Shown in pieces: positions 18,921 to 29,300 of a stretch of DNA of 62,190 bases (position 1 is its first letter; each line of letters starts with the position of its first letter). A program made the translations under genes and the position numbers. A model generated the notes under the pieces. That model worked only from the letters and a program-made list of their open reading frames with translations, was not told the DNA's origin and did not search any database. This stretch comes from a virus (Duplodnaviria > Caudoviricetes), in IMG/VR virus record IMGVR_UViG_3300017978_000202, positions 1 to 62,190 of that record; one strand, written 5' to 3'.

Positions 18921-21356
18921 TTATCGAGGTTCAAATTCAGCCAAATCAAAACCATCTAAGCTGTCTTCATTTGATTCGAAACTCAAAGGAGGAAGGTTGT
19001 TCTTTCTTTGATTAATTAATTTAGATTGCTCGGTGTTCTGCTGGCTAATTCTTTTAGCCTTAGCATCCTCCTTCATTTTTTCTCTGTCGGTCAGGCTTGT
19101 AACGTCCATGCTTCTAAGCTGAAGATTGTACTCAAACTCTTCTCTCATCAACTGAGATTTAAGCATAGCCTCATTCTTACCCTTCTCAATATCAAAAGCT
19201 ATCTCAGCTTGCTTCAACTGCATCTTTGCTTGAGTCTCAAGCTGTATCTTCTGCATAGCAGTCTCTGATGCCAATTGCTGGGCCTGCATCTGCTGCTGAG
19301 CAACCATAGCCTGCTGTTGCATCTGCATCTTCTCCTCTCGCTCCTGCTTCTTTACTCTCTTTAGTTTAAGCAACTGATTGGCAAGCTTCAGATTCTTTAG
19401 CTCTCTAATGTCAATAGCGTCCTCAAGGTTAATGTCTCCTTTAGACAAAGCCATTTGAATGTTTGCTTCAAGCTGAGCTCTTTGCTCTTCATCAGGAGAA
19501 ACCTCAATAAAGATACCAAAGTCATAAATGTATAGGTCTTTAATCTCATTTAGGATAGAGACATTATACTTGCCTATTTGATTGGCAAATTCGTCAGCAA
19601 AGTCAGAGTACTCTAATATGTCAGCAACTCTATATGTCAGTGCCTCTGACAATGACCTGTAAAGGTACAAGCTGCCATCAAGTATGTGACGTGTAGCTGT
19701 GTTAGAGTTAAGTGCTGCTAGTTTCTGTAGACCAACCAAAGAGTTAGGGTCAGGCATAGAGCCGTCTCTAGCTTCGTTAAGACCGGTGACAGAACGAATC
19801 ATATCAATATAGTGATTCATATTGGTGATTAGCATCTGAGTCTTACCAGCTCCTGAGTTGGAGCTAAGCTGTTGAATAGGTACCCTAGCATTGTTAAACT
19901 CTCCATCCTGAGTGTAGCTACGTCCAATAACACTACCTGTTTGGAAGTATAGTCTTAAAGCATCCTCAGGATTGTAAGCGTTGCCTGTTCCCAAGTCAAT
20001 CTCATTAAGACCATCGGCATCAATGAATACACCATCAGGTACTGTACGTGCAATAACCTGCTGCAGCTTTAAGTGGGTAATTTGAATCAAGTCGGCAAAT
20101 GGAATCATCCTTCTGCACAATGACTCAATTACTCCCTTATACATACGAGGAGCACAAGCCACATAGTTTGGTAATGCGTGTTGCGATGCTGACTTTGGAC
20201 GAACCATGTTCTCAGACATCTTCCATTGCAAAAGAATGTTGGTACCCATAACCATGATACCTTCGTACCATACGTCAATAGTCTTCTCAATCTTTTCAAA
20301 GTTGCCCTCCTCCATCATTTCTGTTGGCGGGTTAAAGTTCTCATCCTTCTCAATTACTCTAGAGCCACCACCTTCAAGATTCTTTTTCTTGTAAACAATC
20401 TTCTTGGTGGTCTTATAATTAAAGTAAAGCAACGTGCAAGTGTCCCTGTAGAACAAACTGTTCTCATAGAACTGAGCTACATTGTAATAGTCATACCAAG
20501 ATTGGCTGTACTGAGTAATCTCTTGTAGGTCTTCTTTTGTGAGCGATTGGTCAATCTTCATTAACTCAGATATTGGAAGAGTTTTAATTTCTCCCCAATA
20601 AAAACAGTCCTTAAAGAATGGGTCCTCGGTGTAGCTATAAATAATATTGGCAGGGTCTACGTAAGAAATCTTTACGCCTTCGCCCTGAAGGAACTCATGC
20701 TTAGCAACACCTATACCAATTACAGTTAAATCATAGTTCAATCTTTTTCTGATATCATCGTAATGATTCTCATCAAAGATAGTGTTGACAGCTTCCTCTT
20801 CAGCTATTTCAATTGCAGGCTTATAGTTAAGCTGCATATATAGTGACAGCTCCTCATCAGTTTGAGGGAGCTCATCTGGATTCATAACAAAAGGATTTGC
20901 TCCTGTCTCTTCCTGAATAATCTCAAGTACAGGTTTTGCCACCATCTGGCTTTCAATCATGTCCTGATACTTACTACGCTTTGCCTGAGACATTGCATCC
21001 TGAGCGTATGCCTTAACCTTGAATAGTCGGTCAGACATACCGTTAACAACAATGTCAATAAACTTAGGGAGAATAGGAACTGGAGTCCAGTCTAGGTTTA
21101 AATAAGACAAGTCTCCGTCAATAGCTAATTCATTTTTATATTTACCTATGGGCTGCTCTCCACGAGCATATAGTCTTAATCTTCTGAAGCCTTGCCATTG
21201 TCCATAGTATCTACAAGAGTTTCCATCTTTTCTAAACCATTCATATTGTATAGCCTGACCAACTTGTAGACCAAAGGTGTCGGATTCTTTTTCAGCATCC
21301 GTGGCCAATTGGCTAGGAAACGATACCGAATTAATTTGGATTGTTATATTCTTCAT
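18921..21356 (-). CDS. Portal protein
   Basis: 811 aa; RLRLYARGEQ, LDWTPVPILPKF.DIVVNG, VTGLNEARDG motifs; directly after TerL. Confidence 0.85.
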   Translation of the reverse strand: MKNITIQINSVSFPSQLATDAEKESDTFGLQVGQAIQYEWFRKDGNSCRYYGQWQGFRRLRLYARGEQPIGKYKNELAIDGDLSYLNLDWTPVPILPKFIDIVVNGMSDRLFKVKAYAQDAMSQAKRSKYQDMIESQMVAKPVLEIIQEETGANPFVMNPDELPQTDEELSLYMQLNYKPAIEIAEEEAVNTIFDENHYDDIRKRLNYDLTVIGIGVAKHEFLQGEGVKISYVDPANIIYSYTEDPFFKDCFYWGEIKTLPISELMKIDQSLTKEDLQEITQYSQSWYDYYNVAQFYENSLFYRDTCTLLYFNYKTTKKIVYKKKNLEGGGSRVIEKDENFNPPTEMMEEGNFEKIEKTIDVWYEGIMVMGTNILLQWKMSENMVRPKSASQHALPNYVACAPRMYKGVIESLCRRMIPFADLIQITHLKLQQVIARTVPDGVFIDADGLNEIDLGTGNAYNPEDALRLYFQTGSVIGRSYTQDGEFNNARVPIQQLSSNSGAGKTQMLITNMNHYIDMIRSVTGLNEARDGSMPDPNSLVGLQKLAALNSNTATRHILDGSLYLYRSLSEALTYRVADILEYSDFADEFANQIGKYNVSILNEIKDLYIYDFGIFIEVSPDEEQRAQLEANIQMALSKGDINLEDAIDIRELKNLKLANQLLKLKRVKKQEREEKMQMQQQAMVAQQQMQAQQLASETAMQKIQLETQAKMQLKQAEIAFDIEKGKNEAMLKSQLMREEFEYNLQLRSMDVTSLTDREKMKEDAKAKRISQQNTEQSKLINQRKNNLPPLSFESNEDSLDGFDLAEFEPR

Positions 21357-23602
21357 TTGTCCAATTGACTTATTGTCCCTTCGTTCTTATATTTAGCGAA
21401 GTTAATAATTAATTTCGATTCTTTTTTTTCAGGCACGTACAGGTGCTTCTGATTCGCCATTATCGCAAGCCCTGAGCTGATACAAGCATCGAACTTTGTT
21501 CGGTCATTTATATCAAATTTAGCCCAATCCTCAAGCGTTCTTGTAAATGGCATTGTCCCCATAAGGTCCGCATCTCTGTACTTCCCTTCTAAATCAAGGC
21601 CAACAAATTTCTCGATATACGACTCTATCGCTGAAGCGTGAGCTTGCTTGACATCTTCCGATGAGTTTGGTATTCCGCCTAACTCTCGTTCAGTCTTAGT
21701 CAATTTCGCAAACTGTTTGTCCGGTCTGTTAATAGAAAAACCTCTGTACCCCCTATTTTTTAAGTGATACAATAATCTTGGCTTATTGTTTTCAACCAAG
21801 ATTGGCATCCCATAAAACACACAGGCCATAAGCACTTCTTCAAAAAATATCTCAGCAGTCTGTGGCCTTGCGATGTACTCTAGAAAGAACTCATTTGCTG
21901 GAGCGTCATCCATGTGAAACTTAGTCATTCCATGTAACGCTCCATTAGAACCACGTCCGCCAACCACAGCAGATATATCGTATGAATCACATCCAAATGA
22001 CCCAATATGTTCATTTCCGGGATATTTAATTCCATTACGAATGTGCACATTATTGTGTAGATGTTTTGGTGGGAACCAGCTAATTGAAAATCTCCCTCTA
22101 TTATCAGGGGTCCAAATTACTTCAGTGTCTTTAATGCCGTCCTTCCAAGAGAAGGAGCCCCTTGTAATGTAGTGCTCCTTAATCATGGAGTCATTGTAGT
22201 CTATCTGCTGATATATCTTGGTTAAGTTAAAGATAGATGACTTGCTCTCATCACGGAATGCGTGAGACTCTGTACGTGGAAACTGACGATAGAATTCATT
22301 CAGTGCGTCTGGGTCGCTCTTCAATGAATCAACTTCCGCCTCCCAATAATCTATAGCACCATTTTTAATCCAATTGCCATCGACTCCCTTTATAGGTTGA
22401 TTCGGCTTATTAAATACAGGATGACCATATAAGTCTATAAATCCTTCCATGTTCCATTCCATTGGAATAAATATGGCGTACATCCCACTTTTCGTCTGGC
22501 CGTTGGCATTACGAATCTTTACGTTTGACTCCTCATAAATATCCTTGAAGTTCTGCCCACCTTTATTCAAGGCGTTTGATGTGGAGCCCATCATGCACTT
22601 TCCGATAATCTTGCTACCCAAACGGAGACAGGTCTTGGTTACACGCCAATTCTCTTTGATGTTTACAGGCTTAGTCCATTTACCGCTTTCATCGTGCGCT
22701 AAGAACAATAGCTTCTCACCATCGTATGAGTTGTCTTCAGTATTCTTCCAGTCAATAGTAGTATCGAGTCCATCGATATCTGTATCATCTGATTCATACA
22801 TATTCTTCTTAGTAATCTTGGATGCAGGAACACGGAATGCCAACTCTGTCTTTGGCTTGTCCATACCGTCCATGATAGGCTTAAAAAAGAATGGCAGCCT
22901 ACTATTAATAGGGACCACCTTATCGGTAAACATCTTCTTTGCATCGGCTCCAGTCTTAGACAAGATGCCAATACGTGCATCACGTGCAAGCGTGCCTATG
23001 TTGACACATTCAGATGATGACATGAATGAGAATCCTGAACGTCTAATCTTTAAATATATCATGCCAAATGACCTTGGGTCTGCACGACAGGCCTCCCAAA
23101 ATATCCAGTAGATTCTGTTGGCCTCACGAAAGTCAGGGTATCCTACGTCAATACTAGACCATTGTAGATACATATAGTGCGAGCCTGTGATATAGGTCTT
23201 CACGCCATTGTTCATAAACCAAAAGCCTTGCTCTCTGCGGTCAAACTCTCGCTCGATGTAATCGACCCATCTATCCTTAAACTCCTTTGGCTTATCGTTC
23301 CATTGGAATATGGATTGAATCTTGGCCAGCTCCTTGGGGATATCTTCTCTCTCCCAGTGCTGCTCAGCTTTAGATGGATGTCTTTGATGACACTTCTCGG
23401 GAGCAATAGGCAGGGCAATTTTCAAACCTGATATCTCTACCACATCCCCTATCTTTCCGTTCTTAGAAATAACAACAACATCGTACTGCTCGTTATACCC
23501 GTACAGCCACGACATCACTCTATTCTTGTTAGAGATTACTGCAGGAGGAATATAATCCTTTACTACCCTACACAGACTACTGCTTTGACCTTCGCTCTGC
23601 AA
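21353..23602 (-). CDS. terL: Terminase large subunit (crAss-like)
   Basis: LKIRRSGFS Walker A-like, HDESGKW Walker B, GCDSYD and KFDA nuclease motifs; TTG start. Confidence 0.9.
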   Translation of the reverse strand: MQSEGQSSSLCRVVKDYIPPAVISNKNRVMSWLYGYNEQYDVVVISKNGKIGDVVEISGLKIALPIAPEKCHQRHPSKAEQHWEREDIPKELAKIQSIFQWNDKPKEFKDRWVDYIEREFDRREQGFWFMNNGVKTYITGSHYMYLQWSSIDVGYPDFREANRIYWIFWEACRADPRSFGMIYLKIRRSGFSFMSSSECVNIGTLARDARIGILSKTGADAKKMFTDKVVPINSRLPFFFKPIMDGMDKPKTELAFRVPASKITKKNMYESDDTDIDGLDTTIDWKNTEDNSYDGEKLLFLAHDESGKWTKPVNIKENWRVTKTCLRLGSKIIGKCMMGSTSNALNKGGQNFKDIYEESNVKIRNANGQTKSGMYAIFIPMEWNMEGFIDLYGHPVFNKPNQPIKGVDGNWIKNGAIDYWEAEVDSLKSDPDALNEFYRQFPRTESHAFRDESKSSIFNLTKIYQQIDYNDSMIKEHYITRGSFSWKDGIKDTEVIWTPDNRGRFSISWFPPKHLHNNVHIRNGIKYPGNEHIGSFGCDSYDISAVVGGRGSNGALHGMTKFHMDDAPANEFFLEYIARPQTAEIFFEEVLMACVFYGMPILVENNKPRLLYHLKNRGYRGFSINRPDKQFAKLTKTERELGGIPNSSEDVKQAHASAIESYIEKFVGLDLEGKYRDADLMGTMPFTRTLEDWAKFDINDRTKFDACISSGLAIMANQKHLYVPEKKESKLIINFAKYKNEGTISQLDK

Positions 23603-23867
23603 ACCCTTGTTTAGTATCAGTTCTACTTATCCCCTTATCTATCGCCTCTAAGCTTTCTTTCTCTGACTCTATTCTGTTGAGAATCTCAAACGCATCAAAT
23701 ATTGCTAACTTTTTTGTAGCCGCTGCATTCTTTAACCTGTCTGCAGCAAGCTCACCCTCTACATCTCCACTCTTAACTACACTCTCTTCGGCTACCTTAA
23801 TCAATTCGTCTACTGCCTTGTAGCCTGCATTAATAATTCTAAGCTTAATTTCTTTCACGTCTTTCAT
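23577..23867 (-). CDS. Putative terminase small subunit
   Basis: Small helical ORF (ADRLKNAAATKKLAIFDAFEIL) overlapping the TerL start. Confidence 0.5.
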   Translation of the reverse strand: MKDVKEIKLRIINAGYKAVDELIKVAEESVVKSGDVEGELAADRLKNAAATKKLAIFDAFEILNRIESEKESLEAIDKGISRTDTKQGFAERRSKQ

Positions 23868-24340
23868 TTCTTGTACTTTAAAAACGCAACCTGAATTAAT
23901 CTAGCTGACTCACCTTCTCCAAAGTTTTCAAACAAATTTCTGGAGTGTAGTGAATCAGAATTGAAAGCAATCATTCTATTAAACTTTGAGTACACCATAA
24001 CCAATGGATTACTGTCTTGGTCATAGATTGTGGTGCCATCATCAACTGGGCACATCTCATTCAAGTACAGGATGCAAGTGATGTCTCCCATCATTTCATC
24101 GCTATGGATAAAGTTGGGCTCCTCCTGATTTAATGGAGACCTCCTTACAAAATTAAACTCTACCTTATAGTCAGGAAATAATTTAGATACAAATTTGGCA
24201 AACTCATCGTGACTTCCTCTAGGTTGTATGTTTCTGAATATGTGCTGTCCATCTGCCACGTCCTGAAATCCATATGAATAAATTTCTGATACATAATATG
24301 TGGGGTCTTGAAGTACGTTGTCAAAAGATAGTAAATTCAT
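23864..24340 (-). CDS. 2OG-Fe(II) oxygenase-like protein
   Basis: HxD (IHSD), ILYLN, GT, FNR....H and terminal RL.QV.F motifs. Confidence 0.7.
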   Translation of the reverse strand: MNLLSFDNVLQDPTYYVSEIYSYGFQDVADGQHIFRNIQPRGSHDEFAKFVSKLFPDYKVEFNFVRRSPLNQEEPNFIHSDEMMGDITCILYLNEMCPVDDGTTIYDQDSNPLVMVYSKFNRMIAFNSDSLHSRNLFENFGEGESARLIQVAFLKYKK

Positions 24341-24900
24341 AGTTTAATTGTTATCTGATGGTCAAAAATTCTATAAAGTTTTTCTTCATCAACAGTAAAC
24401 TCGTACTCACTATCAGGGCTGAAGCAGACCATGTCCCCGGATTTTATGCCTTGCGTTGAGAGGTATTTATTCGGGTACTTCATAATCCCCATGAGTGGCT
24501 CTTCACTGAAAGGCTTTTTGATATAGCTTTCAGTGGCTTTAATTGGCTTGACAAAGCAGTACCTATCGTAAGCGTTCCATTCGCCATTGCTTTTATACAT
24601 GAAGAATTGGTCGGGCTCAATAAAGAAAAGGTCATCTTTAAAGAATGACTTGCCACTCTTTTGACGGCCCTTCATGTCATTGTAAAACTTAAAGACATTG
24701 TGGTGGACGAGCAGGATATCTCCAATTTCCACAGGTCCTTTGTACCCTAGCGGAGTCTCTATCACTTCAGCAAATCTATTGGAGAACTTATGGTCCTCCT
24801 CTGATGTGCTTACTATCAGCTCTATGCCACCAATGTCTTTTGTGTTATCGTACCTTTTGCCGTTTACGGGCTTTACAATAAAGTAAAATGGGGATTTCAT
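24337..24900 (-). CDS. Tandem GroES-like co-chaperonin
   Basis: Two repeats of (F/C).VKP...G.....V..GD.(V/I) pattern. Confidence 0.5.
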   Translation of the reverse strand: MKSPFYFIVKPVNGKRYDNTKDIGGIELIVSTSEEDHKFSNRFAEVIETPLGYKGPVEIGDILLVHHNVFKFYNDMKGRQKSGKSFFKDDLFFIEPDQFFMYKSNGEWNAYDRYCFVKPIKATESYIKKPFSEEPLMGIMKYPNKYLSTQGIKSGDMVCFSPDSEYEFTVDEEKLYRIFDHQITIKL

Positions 24901-25127
24901 TAGATATTAATATTGTATTCGACCGATACCGGTATTGTAGAATTAAATTCTTTCCAAAGCACTACCTCTAATTTATCGTTGATGATAAATATTTTAAATG
25001 AGTTTCTTGCCTCATCGAATTTAATCAAATGTATTTCATTGGAGTCTCCTAGTATTCGTTGACCCACGATGTAATGCATTGCACTGCCCTTGTAATCTGG
25101 GCCTACCGATATCTTTCTTATGTCCAT
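24900..25127 (-). CDS. Conserved hypothetical protein
   Basis: IRKISVGPDYK.AMHY.VGQ; coupled to next gene. Confidence 0.65.
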   Translation of the reverse strand: MDIRKISVGPDYKGSAMHYIVGQRILGDSNEIHLIKFDEARNSFKIFIINDKLEVVLWKEFNSTIPVSVEYNINI

Positions 25128-25150
25128 TAGATTTGATTTAATTCAATTTA

Positions 25151-25387
25151 CTACCAAACAATCCCGGCAGTATCAGTTCCTGTAATTCTGTATATGTTTC
25201 CTGCCACCAATCCTGCTGCCTTAGCAGCTGTGTTGTTAGGGTAGACAGGTACCGTAGGAAGCGGCATTGATAGAATGCTTCCGATAGTATAGTTCTTAGT
25301 GATGTTGCTGTCCTGAGCATCAGTACCGATTAACTTATCGCTGTAGGATACGGCAGCATCTGTAGAGTATGAGCTTATTTTTGCCAT
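25151..25387 (-). CDS. Small fibre-like protein sharing its N-terminus with the tail fibre
   Basis: MAKISSY...DKLIGTD....ITKNY aligns with MARISTY...DLLIGTD....ITKNF of 26357..31858. Confidence 0.65.
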   Translation of the reverse strand: MAKISSYSTDAAVSYSDKLIGTDAQDSNITKNYTIGSILSMPLPTVPVYPNNTAAKAAGLVAGNIYRITGTDTAGIVW

Positions 25388-25389
25388 GA

Positions 25390-25683
25390 TTATTCAGCGG
25401 TTACAGGTGGTACATAGTCACCAGTGATGGTTAGGTTAAGCTCTGATGCTACCCAGTCATAGGCATACTCATTTGTCTGCCATGCCTGATACTCTTCTCC
25501 AGTCATATTCAAGTTCCCTTGAGCAAGCTGTTGACCAATCGTTAGGTCTACAGTCTCAGATAATATCTGATAGTAAAATGTTGCTGAGGTACTTAAATTG
25601 TCATTAATGCAATATGCATTAAGAATAGTACCTTCATCTTGGGTTCCATTTACCCAAATTAAAATTGGCTCAATTGTTTTCAT
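25390..25683 (-). CDS. Tail-fibre-associated small acidic protein
   Basis: 97 aa; A.FYY.I, GNL.M.GE.Y..W, Y.WVA..LNLT motifs; position. Confidence 0.55.
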   Translation of the reverse strand: MKTIEPILIWVNGTQDEGTILNAYCINDNLSTSATFYYQILSETVDLTIGQQLAQGNLNMTGEEYQAWQTNEYAYDWVASELNLTITGDYVPPVTAE

Positions 25684-25694
25684 CGTTATTTTGT

Positions 25695-26285
25695 TTAAGC
25701 GTAAATATAGATAGTTTTATTTTTTCTTACTCCTGATAAATATCTAGACATATTTCTGTGATTCAAATTGTACAAGTCAGTTAAATCTTTCAAGCAGTTG
25801 TAGAAAACACCAGACTCAGTGTCTAAAACAATTCTAGCTCTCTTTGATTTATCTCCCTTCTGAGCTTCAGACATTTTCTTTCTTGATTCAATAGATGCTT
25901 TTCTTCCATAGTTTGGATTTTCCTTTCCTTTTTTTTGACTACCAGCTCTTAACATCTTCATTCTTTCAATGGTCTCCTTAGAATACTTATGTCCTTTTGA
26001 GCTCACTGCATTCTTATTAAGATTGCAACACTTATCATCATCAAAATATAAATCCAAATAATGCTGCTCTCTAGAGTTTAAATCATCATATAAACATTCT
26101 TCCAATATTTCAAATGAAGGCATACCGTACTTGTTGTAAACGCTTTGAATAAATCCACTTTTATTCTTGTTGTTAATCATCAAGTGCTTGTGACGATTGA
26201 ACCTATTCTGAATATCAATAGACTGGCCTATATAGAAATACCCTGACTCAGGCCAATGTAATTTATATATGCCTAACTTTTTCAT
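25695..26285 (-). mobile_element. Free-standing GIY-YIG homing endonuclease with NUMOD3-like repeats
   Basis: GIYKL...YIGQS...RF..H, REQ.Y, NPNYGRK.S.E.R.KMS; AT-rich; only 70 nt upstream spacer, no intron core seen. Confidence 0.8.
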
Positions 26286-26356
26286 TTTGCCTCTACTGTT
26301 TATCCGATGTCCCCGTATTCTTGCTCATTAGTTCTTACTTTTTAAAGATAAATCAC

Positions 26357-29300
26357 TTACAGTATTATATATTGAAAAGTAAAATAAAGGCTATGTGCTG
26401 CTGGATAAGTAGAAACTCCATTAAATGATACTCTTGTTGTTCCCCCGTTTGAATTTATAGTGTATGAATTATAAACTACATTAGTTACACCATTGCCTCC
26501 TGTTTGTGTAAAATTTGTAAAGTTACCACTTGAAATTGGTAAAGATATATCAAAAAATACCGCCCCTGATGTAGTAGGGGTTATATTTATAACTCCAGAT
26601 ACATTAACTATATTGTCAACTCTAATATATTGACAAACTTGTGGGGCTATAGAAGTAAGATTTCCAGTGTTTGATGCAGTCGGTATATATGTTCCTCCTA
26701 ATAAATTAGATGCTTTAATGGCTCCATTAACTTGAAGTTTATCTCCATTATCCGTTGTCGTTCCAATCAGCACGTTGCCGTTATTCTTTATTGTTAGTCT
26801 ATATTGACTATTTGTTAAATCATAAATATACCAACCTCCAGCAGTAGGGTCATTACCCATTTCAAAAGCATTGAAACCTGAACCGCTTGGCATTGTATGA
26901 TACCTTGATGATAAAGTGTTTGCCGTAACACTACTTGAAAAGGTAGCTGCGCTTGTGGTTGTATTTATTGTCAAAGCATCTACGCCCGTTGCTTCATTAT
27001 AAATAATATAGTTGTTGGAACTAAGATTTTCTCTCATTCCTACAAACCATCTTTCCGCACCTCCTGTGGCATGGCTTATTCCATTATAATTTGTAACTGC
27101 CGCCCTATTTAATCTTAATCCATATCCGTTAACCACATTAGAAATAAAAGAACCTGATACCGTCACGCTACCACTAAACCGCCCAGTTCCGTTAACATCT
27201 AGCTTAAATCCTGCGTCTGAGGTTGGACCTACTGATAGATTTCCGCTAGAAAATAGGGTCATTGCTTGGGTGAAGGTAATAGCATTTCCTGCCGTTCCGC
27301 TTGGGGCAATCCACCAAGAATGCTGACCTCCTAATTCATACCTACCAGCTGTACCAGTTGTCTTATATTTAAAGCCACTATCAAAATTTGAATTTTGCAA
27401 AAAGTAGGTAGTATTTGCAAAACCTCCAATAGCTGGTCCTCCATTTAATTCTAAAACTCCACTAAATAAAGTCCACGCACTAGGTGTAACTCCTAAGCCA
27501 AGGTTACCACTTGAGTCGTTTATTAAATTGCTATTCCCAATCGTTGTACTTCCTGTAAACTTAGTCAAATAATTAGTCGTCCCTGTTCCCGTTACTGGGT
27601 TAGTTAAAGCGTTTTGCTTCCCATTCAGCTGGGTTTGAATAGAGCTTGTCACCCCTTTCACGTAGCTAAGCTCAGTCAGTGATGGGTAGGTCGCAGTGCT
27701 TAAACTCGCTATTGTTGTGGACGCTGTAAAGTACGCAAGCTCATTAGTCGTACCGCTTCCTGAGATGCTGTTCACAATCCCAGAGGTGTACTTAATGATG
27801 TCCACAATGTTGCCAGCCATTGTCCCTACAGCAAGCACCACGGTCGTTCCGTTTGTAGCAGTGTAGTCAGACGATGTCAATCGAACACCATTAATGAACA
27901 CGTCTACAAGCCCAACAGTGTACCCACCTGTTACAGTAAACGTAGTCTGTGAAGCCGTAGCAATGTATGTCTGTATCTCTCTAGCAGATGGGTTGACACC
28001 TACAGTCCATGAACGGTTTGCTGTCAGGTCATACGTAACGCCATTAATACTTAATGTCCTAGCATCAGTTACAGGAGTGTAGCCCAACGCTGTAGTGACA
28101 TCAAGGCTAGTCAACGTAACAGCACCTGTTCTAGTGTTGAAGCTAGTTACTCCTCCTTGGTACTCAGGGATGTTAAGAACGCCTGTAACATTATTATAAG
28201 TAGCAGGTCCACTGGTCCCCGTTGTTGTCAAACTAATTGATGCTCTACTTGTAGATGTTGCTTGGCTAAGCGTAACAAACTCATTGTTATTGACAGCATC
28301 ACTACCAATCACACGTCCCTTGAAGTTAGCTACCACACCTGCTGGCAGGTCAGCAATGGCTCCAGTCACTGCGTTAACCACGCCTGTAGTCTCTCCAACA
28401 ATAATGCTTGAAGCAAACTGCTGCACGCCTGTGTTGTATGCGTAGATAGGATATCTGCCTGCTGGGTTGTTACCGTAGTAGTCTAGAAGGTTTGAGTTTA
28501 CAGATGCACTTAAAAGTCTCTCTCCTGTAACAAGCACACCTCTGAAGAATGATATAGGTGTAGTTGTAAGTCCAGTTCCACTTCCGTTATTAAATGTATT
28601 GACAAGACTCCATGTAGCCTCACCACTTGGCGACAGCTCATTTTGATTGTAAGCTACCTTTAGCGCATAAATATTACTTGTATCAATCTTAAAATTCAAC
28701 ACATCTATGGCAGCCCCAACCCTCATAATGGTCTTGAGACCTGTGATAGTTTGGTCAGTAGCTAAAGTAACATACCCTGCTAGGGAAGGGATATCAGAAA
28801 GAAATGCTAGTGTACCATCACCATCTTGAAGAGTGTAGTACCTTACCGCTGAATTACTCCACTGAAGAACTCCTCCATTTGATAAGCCTTTGCCGAAGTA
28901 GATATTGTTTGAATCATTAAATCCAAAGATGTTTGACCCACCACTACCAGAGTGAATTGAGGCTGTGTTCCTAAATACAGTATTCTGATTACCTGACCCC
29001 TCAGAAGATAAAATAAGTCCAGCAGTAAATGACTTACTTGCCGTAATAGTTTGAGAAGTATTAAGCGTAACGTACCCACTCAAGTCAGTGGTGTAGTTAG
29101 GAATGTTCAGTGTGTTTGCAATAAAAGTAGCAGGACCACTAGTGCCTGTAGTAGTTAATGTAATAGCATTCTGCTTTCCATTAAAAGTAATCCAATCGGC
29201 AGAAGACAAAGCACCTCTAATCGTAGAAGTTGCTGTAGGTAGATTAAATGTATGGGTAGCAACTGAGCTTGCAATATTAAAGTCAGTGCCACTAGTACCT

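Noticed and set aside
22545-23111. Long plus-strand ORFs opposite terL, groEL and the tail fibre (e.g. 22545..23111, 38662..39102, 30561..30881)
   Set aside because: Antisense shadows of strongly biased real genes, lacking start context or motifs.
25684-26356. Group I intron around the GIY-YIG gene
   Set aside because: Flanks are only about 10 and 70 nt, with no room for a catalytic core, and both neighbouring genes have their own stop/start.
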